NCBI GenBank assembly: GCA_965202725.1
Contig: OZ241845.1
Coordinates: forward strand, 665,437-729,436
Source: Candidatus Poribacteria bacterium
Lineage (GTDB): Bacteria; Poribacteria; WGA-4E; WGA-3G
Direction of reading: 5' to 3'
DNA: 64,000 nucleotides
Position numbers and translations under genes: made by a program. Below are positions 39,894 through 48,957 of the stretch, one piece after another. Each line of letters begins with the position of its first letter. Within the stretch, counting starts at the first letter, position 1. The notes beneath the pieces were generated by a model. The model worked only from the letters and a program-made list of their open reading frames with translations. It was not told the origin of the DNA and did no database searches.

Positions 39894-41063
39894 CTATGAT
39901 AATTTCGCCTTTAGCTCCGCGAGGTCCTTGTCAATTGAAGCTTCTTTCGCATAACTCGAAAATTCGCGCTCTGATTTCGTATCTTGATATGCGATATCTA
40001 TTTCAGCGGCAGCTTTTGCCAAAGTCGCTGCCTCGGTTGCGTCCTGCTCCATCTGCGTAAGGGTCTCAAACGCCTTATTGGCTTGTATCTCTTTTAACAT
40101 CTCACGGAGGTGTGCTTGGGCATCAATGTTTCTATGTTGGGCGACGACAACAGCTTTTTTTCCTTCAGCTTCCGTCAGCTTCTGTTGAAGATGTTCAAGA
40201 AGGTTGCTGAGTGCCTGAACGATCTGTTTCTGTTCTTCCCACTGCGCTTTGTACTGTTCGGCTAATCGTTGGTACTCATTTCGTTTTTCTAAGTCTTCAC
40301 GTGCCAAATCTTCGCGTTGCGCTTTAAGAGAGATAACAGCGCGTTCTTGCCACCGTTCTGTTTGGGCGAGAGCACCTTCATAAGCGTTCTGAAATTGTTT
40401 TTCAACGCCTATGGAAGCGTTAACCTTCTCCTGTGCTTCTGAAAGCCTATTTGTCATCTCAGCGATGGCGTTCTCTAAAACCATTTCCGGGTCTTTGGTC
40501 TCAGCCTCAACCGGCTCCGGTTCGGGATCATATTTTACAACAACCGTCTCTGCTAACTTATCCCCTATCCGCTGCCGTTTTTTTCCGAATGTCCAAAAGG
40601 AATCCAAAGGTTGAAAGATTGATGTGAATCGGCGAATGAAAGAGTCCTTAAGCGTGGCGGGTTTGCCATCTTTCAGTCGAAGAACTTGTAAGGATAGCAG
40701 TTTTTTGCCAATTCCTTGTCCATTTCTGAAACCGTCCATAAAAAATAGCCCCGCTGTCCACAAAGCAATACCGCTCAAAGTTAGGGGCTGGAAATCGTTA
40801 GCCGCCCACGATCCGAAAAGGAAAACTAAAAACAGCTGGGCGGCAACCAATGCCCTTATTGGTAGTTTGGTTTTCGTCCCAAATATCCACAGAAGTGCGC
40901 TGAACAATCCAATCAGGATAGGCCCAAAACTCACTGCTTCCAAGATCAGAAACAGAATCAATAGAAAACTCGCGAGGAACATTCCGTCTATGAAAAACGC
41001 AAACAGCCGCGCAAATCGGGATCCTAATTTAAATGCTTTACCTGCAATTTTAATTGATTTCAT
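39894..41063 (-). CDS. RDD-family membrane domain fused to a PspA/IM30-like coiled-coil domain
   Basis: N-terminal RFARLFAFFIDGMF...GQGIGKKLLSLQVLRLKDG (RDD pattern) with hydrophobic helices. C-terminal roughly 200-aa PspA-like heptad-rich region (EMVLENAIAEMTNRLSEAQEKV... REDLAREDLEKR...). Confidence 0.55.
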   Translation of the reverse strand: MKSIKIAGKAFKLGSRFARLFAFFIDGMFLASFLLILFLILEAVSFGPILIGLFSALLWIFGTKTKLPIRALVAAQLFLVFLFGSWAANDFQPLTLSGIALWTAGLFFMDGFRNGQGIGKKLLSLQVLRLKDGKPATLKDSFIRRFTSIFQPLDSFWTFGKKRQRIGDKLAETVVVKYDPEPEPVEAETKDPEMVLENAIAEMTNRLSEAQEKVNASIGVEKQFQNAYEGALAQTERWQERAVISLKAQREDLAREDLEKRNEYQRLAEQYKAQWEEQKQIVQALSNLLEHLQQKLTEAEGKKAVVVAQHRNIDAQAHLREMLKEIQANKAFETLTQMEQDATEAATLAKAAAEIDIAYQDTKSEREFSSYAKEASIDKDLAELKAKLS

Positions 41064-41199
41064 TCTGAAAGGCCCTTATGTTTGTAGGAGCTTGGCAGGA
41101 CAGATGTATGTTCTCTCCTTAATAGAGTCTACAACGGACAAACGGGATAGTTAAATTCTGTGTACGCACTGTTAAAATCTTAAGATTGTCGATCCAGTA

Positions 41200-41805
41200 T
41201 CATGCTTTTTGCTCTCTCATACTTGAGAGAATCCCCAGGATCTTATCGCATTGTGCAATTGTATAGATTGTCATATCAATATATAGTTTTTGTTTGTTCA
41301 ATTTGAGAAAGATCCAGTCGGTACCGGAGGTCGTTGTGCCGTAAACACACGAGATACTATTCCCTTTTTCAGCATTAAAACGTTGTGCGGCGAGCATTTC
41401 AGCAACGCACTGCCCTAATCCAAGTTTCACATCGGCATTCTTTGCCTCCACTAGAGCTATAACGGGTGCCTCTACGAAAAATTGCTCTGAGGACAAGCTT
41501 ATCAAGAAGTCACAGACACCGACTAAACCGCTTTCCGGATCAACGCTGAAGTCGATACCCGAAAAGAGGCTGATGCGGCGGTCGAAGTGTTCGCGAAGTT
41601 CAAACAAGATTCCCGTCACAATCAGTTCTGATCGCGCTTTCTCTGTTCCTATGGCAACGGCTAAAGGGACTTTTTTTCTTAATTCCTCCGTGAAATGTGA
41701 CCTCGGCGTTACAGGCTCTATTTTAGAAAACAGGTCTATCGTCTGAACGGTTTCTAATTTAAACACCGAGCGAACCGATTCGAAAGTCCAGTTGCTGTAA
41801 GCCAT
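41200..41805 (-). CDS. hypothetical protein with PD-(D/E)xK nuclease-like motif
   Basis: GVCDF ... VIALVEAK (D...E-x-K spacing typical of the restriction-endonuclease-like fold). Otherwise unassignable. Confidence 0.35.
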   Translation of the reverse strand: MAYSNWTFESVRSVFKLETVQTIDLFSKIEPVTPRSHFTEELRKKVPLAVAIGTEKARSELIVTGILFELREHFDRRISLFSGIDFSVDPESGLVGVCDFLISLSSEQFFVEAPVIALVEAKNADVKLGLGQCVAEMLAAQRFNAEKGNSISCVYGTTTSGTDWIFLKLNKQKLYIDMTIYTIAQCDKILGILSSMREQKA

Positions 41806-41866
41806 CGGATAAACCTCCTAAGTGCAAATAGGCTCATATACCGGCCCCGGTCCAACCAATCATAGG

Positions 41867-42925
41867 TCATAAGGTTGGCACGGTCACTGCGACCTCGCGT
41901 CCACCGGCGTTTGAGGAATCAATCACGCCTTGAATGATAACGTTGGTGAGCATCACGCCATACGGGTCAATCGGTGCGGGTTTGCCTTCAGGGACGGCAT
42001 CAACAAACGCCTTATCTTCTGCGTGGAATACATCGACGGATTCAAATTCAGTGAACGTTTGATCAAAGATGTCGCCATCTTTGTCGCCGTAAACCCGGAC
42101 CCCCTCTTCTGGTCCGCGTACTTCACTGATCCCAAGGCGGAGTCCGGCTTTTTTACCGAGGAAAATCGTTCCACCGAGCGAATCCATGTTCATGCACCAG
42201 CATGTCTTAAAGACCATGCGTGCGCCATTTTCAAAGACGACCCAACCGACTCCAAAATCTTCAACTTCGGTATTCTTAAGGGCTGGGTTCCAGGTATTGT
42301 GGAGACTGAGGTAGTTAGAGGTAATGCCGGACACGGCGACAGGTTTCGGGTGTCCCATTAGATAAAGCGCGGTATCTAAGGCGTAGACCCCGATGTCCGC
42401 AGATGCCCCTAAGCCTGCTGTCGCTTTTACGATAAAACTCCCCCCCGGATTTCCACGGCGGCGATCCGCAACCGTTTCGACGTAATAGATGTCGCCTAAG
42501 GTGCCAGCGTCAACGATTTCTTTTGCCTTAATAACTTGCGCGGAATATCGGAGTTTGAGTCCGATCATTAGGATTTTATTGTTTGCTTTTGCGGCGCGCC
42601 ACATTGAAGCGGCGGCATTGAGGGTCGCCTCCATCGGCTTTTCGCAGAAGACGTGTTTACCCGCGTTGAGCGCCGCGACAGTCGGTGCAGCATGCACCCC
42701 TGTTGGTGTACAGACATAAACCGCCTCAATCTCGTGCATTTTGAGCATTTCGTTGTAGTCCGAAAATGTGCGCTTGATGCCCCAACGCGCTGTCGCACGT
42801 TCGAGATTCTCGGGTACGAGGTCCGCTGCTGCGACTATTTCTGCGCCATCAATGTTAGCGATGGTGCCACAATGTGCCTGCGCGATGCCCCCTGCGCCTA
42901 TTAAGCCTAATTTAACTGTTCTCAT
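41867..42925 (-). CDS. Gfo/Idh/MocA-family NAD(P)-dependent oxidoreductase
   Basis: N-terminal LGLIGAGGIAQAH Rossmann motif, EKP motif (CEKPMEA), and the characteristic C-terminal alpha/beta domain. Confidence 0.8.
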   Translation of the reverse strand: MRTVKLGLIGAGGIAQAHCGTIANIDGAEIVAAADLVPENLERATARWGIKRTFSDYNEMLKMHEIEAVYVCTPTGVHAAPTVAALNAGKHVFCEKPMEATLNAAASMWRAAKANNKILMIGLKLRYSAQVIKAKEIVDAGTLGDIYYVETVADRRRGNPGGSFIVKATAGLGASADIGVYALDTALYLMGHPKPVAVSGITSNYLSLHNTWNPALKNTEVEDFGVGWVVFENGARMVFKTCWCMNMDSLGGTIFLGKKAGLRLGISEVRGPEEGVRVYGDKDGDIFDQTFTEFESVDVFHAEDKAFVDAVPEGKPAPIDPYGVMLTNVIIQGVIDSSNAGGREVAVTVPTL

Positions 42926-43585
42926 TTTGGTCTCCTCATTAGGATATGTTTCCCCTTGATTTTATCCTATTTGTTTTCTATAAGTCAAGGAAAATTTCTG
43001 GATCGTTTTACAACGGCACTCAATTGTCAAAATTGTCTGAATCGCAGACTCTCTCTGATGACGCGGATTAGGAGCCTTTTTTGCGAAGTTCGCCTAAGTT
43101 CTGCCAGAATACAATAGGTTCATACGAAAATACGGAAATAGATCGCCATCGCATCCCTCTTATCTTGTTTGATTATCGTCACAGCCTAACACTTTTCTTG
43201 ACGCACAAAGACAGGTACGCTATCCTAAAGTGAAATCCATCTTAGCCCCTAAGGATACACAGATGACCTGTTCAAGATTTCAACACAAACACTTCGTCAA
43301 AAAGGTATTGAACGCAACAATTGCCGGATGCGCCATTGGTTTGGGCGTTTTAAGCGCAAGTCTCTTATCGTTTCAAAGAGCACAGAGAGGGTGAACTTGA
43401 CAGGCACTTTATTTGCGAGATGTCGCGGCAACGGGGATGTGTTGGATATCCTAAAAATCGGTCTGGTTTCCCAACTAAATAGCATTATTTAGACGAAAAC
43501 CCTCTAATTTTTTATCCTTTCGGGGTTTTGGGGTGCACGAGGGATATAGGGCTACCACCTGTTAACAACGATAGGTGTGGCGAAA

Positions 43586-43632
43586 GCGTCTTGGGCTGCA
43601 CTTGGGCTGCACTTGGGCTGCACTTGGGCTGC
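43586..43632. repeat. 11-bp tandem repeat (CTTGGGCTGCA) x4 immediately downstream of the AlbA-like gene stop
   Basis: cttgggctgcacttgggctgcacttgggctgcacttgggctgca. Confidence 0.7.
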
Positions 43633-43635
43633 ATC

Positions 43636-45129
43636 TTAATTTACTTTTTCTAATTTCAGATGTGCGAGTGCTGTTTTTCCTTTGTCTGTCAACCGGTATT
43701 GCTGCCGTGGACTCCTGCGTTTCTCCGGTAGCGTATATTCGAGGAGCCCTTCCGCCAAAAGGTCTCGGAAAATCTTTTTCAGTTGACCGGAGACTTCCTT
43801 CTGTCCTAACTTCTTGGACAACTCGGTTCTTGACCTCGGCCCATCCGCCAGTGAGCGTAGCACGCGCGATGTCAGATCTCCGGGGAGTGATTCGGGTTGC
43901 AGCTTTCCCTGATCTGGAGGTGTGTCACGCCAAATCGTTGTCTTAAATCCACCGCTAATCGTGAATTCAGGCTCGGGTAAGCCAGCCCCACGGCAACGGT
44001 GGATCATGTCTAACGTTCCCGTTCCTATCTCTTCAATGTATTGGGCAAAGTATAAAGATCGAGCAAGCAACGGATTATGAGGCACTGATGCATGCGTTTC
44101 TCGCAGGAGTTCTAAAGTCAAGGAAGGAGGCAATGTGCCGGGATTCAAGACCTCCAGCCGATCGCGAAAAAGCATCACCTGTATACTGGCATCATGCGTA
44201 TAGTCCCGATGTGCGACGGCGTTGACGATGGCTTCAGTTACAACTTCTTTCGGGATTTCATAGGCGACAGGTGCTTGCACACTTTCCGCGCGTGTGCCGA
44301 CTGACAGTGCGATTTGGCTCAGCACGAAATTCACGGCTTGATCAATGAGTTGAAACGCCGTTCCCTCGTAGATCTGATAAGACGGGATCGGTTTCGCAAC
44401 CTCGTTTCCGTGATAGTGGGCACACTTCACGCATGAGGACATCAGAAATCGCTGTGGCATCTGACCGAACAGTAACACTGCCGCGTTCGTGGGACACCCC
44501 GCGTTTAGGAGATTGAGATGAACCAATAGCTCTTCGGGGGGCACATCTTCGTTAAGTGGAAAGGTTCTGGCACGCCGTGCTGTTCGGATAAACCGACGCA
44601 TCTGATGGGGATCCAGATCATCCAGCGATGCTCTTGAACAGGCGGACGCGTCAAAAGGTTCAAAACGGATGAGGCCTTTGCTCTTCAGGTATTCCACTAA
44701 CGCTGCGCGGAGGGCTGCTACTAATTCTTCGGGGGTGTTGAATCGTTTTCGGATAAGTCCGGATTGTGCGTTACGAAGGAGGGCCTGCACCTTCGGGTGC
44801 CGGAGACTGTCATCTGTCCCTTTTACGAAAATCAGACGGGGTCTGCCGGAAAGTGTTGCCTGATCAAACTCCCTCTCTGTCGGTGATATGCCGTCTGCAT
44901 CCTCTGAGCCGTAGTCGTTGCCAAACAACCCCACATAAAGATCGGACTGCTCAACCTCACCGAGATAGAGGGCATCGGGGCGGCGGTCTGACGCTGGAAC
45001 ATCTTCAAATAGAAAGAAATCAAAGAACCCTCGCATCAACGGGTCGCTACGGAGATAGTTGCGGAGTGCCTCGCGTTCCTCTGCGAATTCTTTTTGAACG
45101 CTGCTGATAAAAATACGAATCGGGTTCAT
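43636..45129 (-). CDS. DUF4062-like N-terminus + AlbA_2-like DNA-binding + HATPase_c_4-like domain protein with C-terminal winged-helix (Schlafen/AlbA-type putative regulator/ATPase)
   Basis: N-terminal IFISSVQKEFAEEREAL (DUF4062-like). Central region similar to the divergent-AAA/AlbA_2 and RecG-C-terminal-like HATPase_c_4 family (NAVAHRDY, LPEPEF). C-terminal LTDKGKTAL winged-helix-like tail. Family assignment is from memory of the domain consensus. Confidence 0.5.
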   Translation of the reverse strand: MNPIRIFISSVQKEFAEEREALRNYLRSDPLMRGFFDFFLFEDVPASDRRPDALYLGEVEQSDLYVGLFGNDYGSEDADGISPTEREFDQATLSGRPRLIFVKGTDDSLRHPKVQALLRNAQSGLIRKRFNTPEELVAALRAALVEYLKSKGLIRFEPFDASACSRASLDDLDPHQMRRFIRTARRARTFPLNEDVPPEELLVHLNLLNAGCPTNAAVLLFGQMPQRFLMSSCVKCAHYHGNEVAKPIPSYQIYEGTAFQLIDQAVNFVLSQIALSVGTRAESVQAPVAYEIPKEVVTEAIVNAVAHRDYTHDASIQVMLFRDRLEVLNPGTLPPSLTLELLRETHASVPHNPLLARSLYFAQYIEEIGTGTLDMIHRCRGAGLPEPEFTISGGFKTTIWRDTPPDQGKLQPESLPGDLTSRVLRSLADGPRSRTELSKKLGQKEVSGQLKKIFRDLLAEGLLEYTLPEKRRSPRQQYRLTDKGKTALAHLKLEKVN

Positions 45130-45472
45130 TGTTTAGTCGTAGCCTTCTGTATATGAAGAAAAATATTACGGAACTGCGATACATACCAGAGGCGCGTCCC
45201 CTTTTTTGTGTTTTTCAGCTCTATATCTCCATGTTTATAGGGCATTGCCCCAAGTTGCTGCCTACAAGATTTTTAGTTATGAGGTTTCCTGCTGATACGG
45301 TGTATTGCGCCTTCCTGCTCTCTACCCAGCCTGATTACATTTCATAACATGATACCGCCTTGACCAAAACCAAATATCTTCAATATATTATGCCACAATT
45401 GCCTATGTAGGACAAGCAGAAAGTGTTCTCGGAAGACCGACCTATTTATCGTCAGAATCAGGCTCCCTCTTC

Positions 45473-45584
45473 TGTAGCATAGCCTGTTAGGCTGTGTCGT
45501 AGCCTGGTTTCCTATTAGACTGTGCAGTCTTCCGTAGCATAGCCTGTTAGGCTGTGTCGTAGCTTGGTTTCCTATTAGGCTGTG
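45473..45584. repeat. two tandem ~51-bp direct repeats of the TGTAGCATAGCCTGTTAGGCTGTG family (each with internal half-repeat)
   Basis: Copy 1 at 45473-45524 and copy 2 at 45534-45584 are about 95% identical. Located in the intergenic space between the methyltransferase and AlbA-like genes. Confidence 0.65.
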
Positions 45585-45607
45585 GCACGCGGAAAACCAG
45601 TTTATCG

Positions 45608-48600
45608 TCAAAATAAACCCTCTTCCCCGCACAACACCCTATCAATCTCCGCCATAACCCCAAGCGTCCCCGCCACAGACATCAAAACCCAACGATACCG
45701 ACGCACATCTTCATGACGCAACACCTCACCCCGACGATCACGCAACCACTTCTCACACACCCGATACGAACCAACCGCATATTCCCAGACAGCTACAGGC
45801 ACATCCGTGAAATACTGAGACGCATTTATCCAAACACGCCCATCCACATAACGCACACGCCCGACTACACCATCCCCCTCCCCCTCAAAACGATGCACCG
45901 CGGATGTGCCGACTCTCGTAGGAGCGACCTCGCGGCGCCCCCCGCTTTTTAAAAGATGTCCCTCAATCAACTGCTGCCCTAACCTTGCAAGCGTGTGGAA
46001 CTGTGCTGCGTTTTGGGGTAAAGGGATACGCGGGAAGTCGTATTTCAGGAGATCGTAATACCGTTTGCGGTAGGTTGGGCTATACAGAATCGCATAGCTA
46101 TAGGCGAGGATGTTCTCTGGTGAAACGTCTTCTGGGAGATGATAGGGTTCAACCTGTGGGAGTGCCAAGGTCTCTGAAAGTGCTGTGAGAAAAGCAGGCT
46201 TAAAATTGAGGGAGCGCTCTGATGAGAGCCCCAACTCCTTTGGGTTTGAATGCAGATAGAGCGGGAAAATATGCCCAGATTCACTGGCTCTGTTTGAAAT
46301 ATAACAATTTTCTGTGATTTTGTCGGTTATCAAAGCATGTTGCCAAGTTGGGCTTGTGACGATACGGCAAACACAAAGGGCAAGGTTTCCTGTAAGTAGA
46401 TGAAACATAACCTCTCCGCGAGGCGTACAGTGGAATCCACGCGATCTTCCAGTATAGTAGGTCCAACGTGTATCGAATGGACGATAGAGAATTGGCTTTA
46501 TATGTTGTTCGGAATCGGGATGGTTGCGGACATCTGCTTGGGCAGAATGAATTCTCCAATCTCGAGTATCCCTTGGTAATCTGTATTTTTCCCGCGCCTC
46601 GTCTACAGACAGTGAAACAAAATGAGTTACCGTTTCTCGGATTTCCTCAGGAGTTAGATGAATTGTGAACCTATCTCGTCCAGTGACAATCCCAACTTGA
46701 CCTGCTTGAAAAATGTCAGTAACTTTCCATCCAGTTTCGTATTCCACACTATAGTCTGTCGCTTGAGGCACAAAGAGGTAATGGGATGCTGTCGGTTGTA
46801 ACTCATCCCATTCCGTGGATCGCACATCGGTTCCAGAAAGTGTTTTATATTTCTCTTCTCGGGCCCCCCACACATCCGCGTAGTAAACCTCGGCAGGTGC
46901 AGGATCATCGCTTGCTTTCACACACAATAGGATACAGACCCCTTGGGAAATGTCAAAGACGTTTTCATCAACCTGCCCTATAGGAACTGCTTCCACTCTT
47001 CTATTACTCCCATGTAGGTTCAGCAGATAGATAGTGGTGAAACTGTCTAATAGGCTTTTCCGCATGCCACGAAACATGGGACCATCAAGGAAACTGTTGT
47101 TGACAATATAACCGATAACCCCTTCACCATTTTTGTCAATTCGCCACTGTGCCCATCGCGTAAATTTTACATAATCTGCTTGAAGGGCTTTTGAGTTTCT
47201 TTCCCCGAGGGGTTCTCCATCTATTTGCCTGTAATCCTCAATGAGCTGTCCGATAAAAGTTAACTCTCTACCTATGCGACTTGGATTCGCAGAATCTTGT
47301 GGATACGGCGGATTGCCGAGAATGACAAGCAGGGGTTCGTCACGCTTCACCTGTAACGCCGCATTCGCCTCATCAGAGATAAACCCCGCAAAAGGCAACG
47401 AAGGCTGCATCTCCAAGGGCTGCTCCAACGTATTCGTCAGGTAGATACGCAGACGCTCACCACCACCCCACCCTTGCGATTCTAAGAACAAACCCAACTT
47501 CAGATGTGCAATCGTATACGGCGCAACCAGCAACTCAAACCCGAAAATACGGTTGACCAAAGCACCGTTGACATACTGCCCCCATTCCGCCGCGCCATAG
47601 GTGCGCGTCACAGACACCTGAATATGCTCCAATACCTTCAACAGAAAACCCCCAGTCCCCGTCGCAGGATCAAGAATGAGCGTGTCGTCATCAGCAAGAC
47701 CGTCAGGTTTATTCAATTGTGTCTTAAGTAGGCTATCCACGGATCTGACGATATAAGAGATAACCTGTGGCGGGGTGTAGTAGACACCTCGATCCACGCG
47801 TCGCTGTGGAGCGTATTCTGCGAGGAAGGTCTCGTAGAAATGGATAACAGGGTCTTCACGTTGAGCCGCCCCCGAAAACGCAGTGCGGAGCAGCTCGGTT
47901 GGAACATTTCCCAGCAGTGCCACAATCTCGTCCAGAATATAGGTGACGTTTGCCTCAAGTCTCGGTGAGGCGATATGATGAAAGAGCTCAATGAGAAACG
48001 GATTAGATCGCGGAAGTGCCGCCGATGCCGTGTGTCGCGAGAAGTGCGTTGCAGTCGGGAGGGTGCAGCGTGCTGCGAACAATCCGTAAGCGAGCGTCTG
48101 TGCATACATATCTGCGAAATCGTCGGGTGTCAATGTAGACACGAGGAATTCCTTGAATGCCGAGAACATCCGATACAGATCGCTGTTTGCATCGGTGAGG
48201 GTTGTGGCGACTTGTGTCTGTAGCTCCCGCGTGCGTCTGGCGAGGTATCCCGCAAGTGCCTCTGGCGTGGCGATCTGGATGGGTTCAGCGTTGACGAACC
48301 GTTCCAAGAGCGTCTCTAACGCAGCGGGGCTATCGGCGACATTCGCCTCAGCCCGCAGCCTGCCCTCTGTCCACAACTGGAAATCCACGAAGTTCGTCAG
48401 GATGAAGTTATCCAGGTTTTGGATAAAACGTTGGTTCTGTTCTTTGGCGTGTCCTGTGAGTCTGTTGAGGTCTCTGCCGTATCTTTCTGCCTCAATATAC
48501 CCAATCGGCAGCCCCGCGTCCATTGCAACGAAGTCGGGTCTGCCGATCTGGGCTAACCTTCTCGGTTCTTGGACGAACCGGAGGGTATTTCTATCAAAAC

Positions 48601-48865
48601 AGGCAACTGCGAGTTTCTCGAGGAAGGCTTGGAGGTGCGGGAATAGCGAAAGTTCCGGCGTTGCCGCCGCACTCGCCTGGGTGCCCCGGATACTTTGTAG
48701 GTAACCCTCACAATGGCTTTCAAAGTTCATATTCTGCTTCGTAATCGGGCTTACAAAGCCCTCCCACAATTTATTTATTAGGAAGACTGTGATATCAGTG
48801 CGAAAAAAATATTGAATGAGATTCTCTAACCTTTGCATTATACGTTTTATAGGTTTTTTGTGCAA
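45608..48865 (-). CDS. MmeI/Eco57I-like (type IIG/IIL-like) gamma-class N6-adenine DNA methyltransferase, 1085 aa, with degenerate N-terminal PD-(D/E)xK-like region and C-terminal target-recognition region
   Basis: Motif I LILDPATGTGGFL upstream of motif IV VILGNPPYPQ (gamma order). Conserved FADMYAQTLAYGLFAAR helical-linker motif seen in MmeI/PglX-type enzymes. N-terminal RPDFVAMDAG...IGYIEAER has D...E-x-E rather than D...E-x-K. Confidence 0.7.
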   Translation of the reverse strand: MHKKPIKRIMQRLENLIQYFFRTDITVFLINKLWEGFVSPITKQNMNFESHCEGYLQSIRGTQASAAATPELSLFPHLQAFLEKLAVACFDRNTLRFVQEPRRLAQIGRPDFVAMDAGLPIGYIEAERYGRDLNRLTGHAKEQNQRFIQNLDNFILTNFVDFQLWTEGRLRAEANVADSPAALETLLERFVNAEPIQIATPEALAGYLARRTRELQTQVATTLTDANSDLYRMFSAFKEFLVSTLTPDDFADMYAQTLAYGLFAARCTLPTATHFSRHTASAALPRSNPFLIELFHHIASPRLEANVTYILDEIVALLGNVPTELLRTAFSGAAQREDPVIHFYETFLAEYAPQRRVDRGVYYTPPQVISYIVRSVDSLLKTQLNKPDGLADDDTLILDPATGTGGFLLKVLEHIQVSVTRTYGAAEWGQYVNGALVNRIFGFELLVAPYTIAHLKLGLFLESQGWGGGERLRIYLTNTLEQPLEMQPSLPFAGFISDEANAALQVKRDEPLLVILGNPPYPQDSANPSRIGRELTFIGQLIEDYRQIDGEPLGERNSKALQADYVKFTRWAQWRIDKNGEGVIGYIVNNSFLDGPMFRGMRKSLLDSFTTIYLLNLHGSNRRVEAVPIGQVDENVFDISQGVCILLCVKASDDPAPAEVYYADVWGAREEKYKTLSGTDVRSTEWDELQPTASHYLFVPQATDYSVEYETGWKVTDIFQAGQVGIVTGRDRFTIHLTPEEIRETVTHFVSLSVDEAREKYRLPRDTRDWRIHSAQADVRNHPDSEQHIKPILYRPFDTRWTYYTGRSRGFHCTPRGEVMFHLLTGNLALCVCRIVTSPTWQHALITDKITENCYISNRASESGHIFPLYLHSNPKELGLSSERSLNFKPAFLTALSETLALPQVEPYHLPEDVSPENILAYSYAILYSPTYRKRYYDLLKYDFPRIPLPQNAAQFHTLARLGQQLIEGHLLKSGGRREVAPTRVGTSAVHRFEGEGDGVVGRVRYVDGRVWINASQYFTDVPVAVWEYAVGSYRVCEKWLRDRRGEVLRHEDVRRYRWVLMSVAGTLGVMAEIDRVLCGEEGLF

Positions 48866-48957
48866 GGTATTTTGTCCGGGCTATCACAGAAATAGATTGA
48901 CACGATTCAGATGCCATGCTATATTTCAAACAGATGACTTACTTTCAGGAGGCTATC

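Noticed and set aside
43575-43946. 123-aa plus-strand ORF starting in the 11-bp tandem repeat
   Set aside because: Overlaps the 3' end of the AlbA-like gene on the opposite strand, and its N-terminus is just the translated repeat (LGLHLGCTWAALGLHL). Considered an artefact.
45473-45584. Possible CRISPR array (direct repeats in the intergenic region next to defense genes)
   Set aside because: Only two copies, about 51 bp with an internal half-repeat, contiguous (about 10-nt gap) with no unique spacer segments of 25-40 nt and no cas genes. It belongs to the dispersed TAGCAT repeat family instead.
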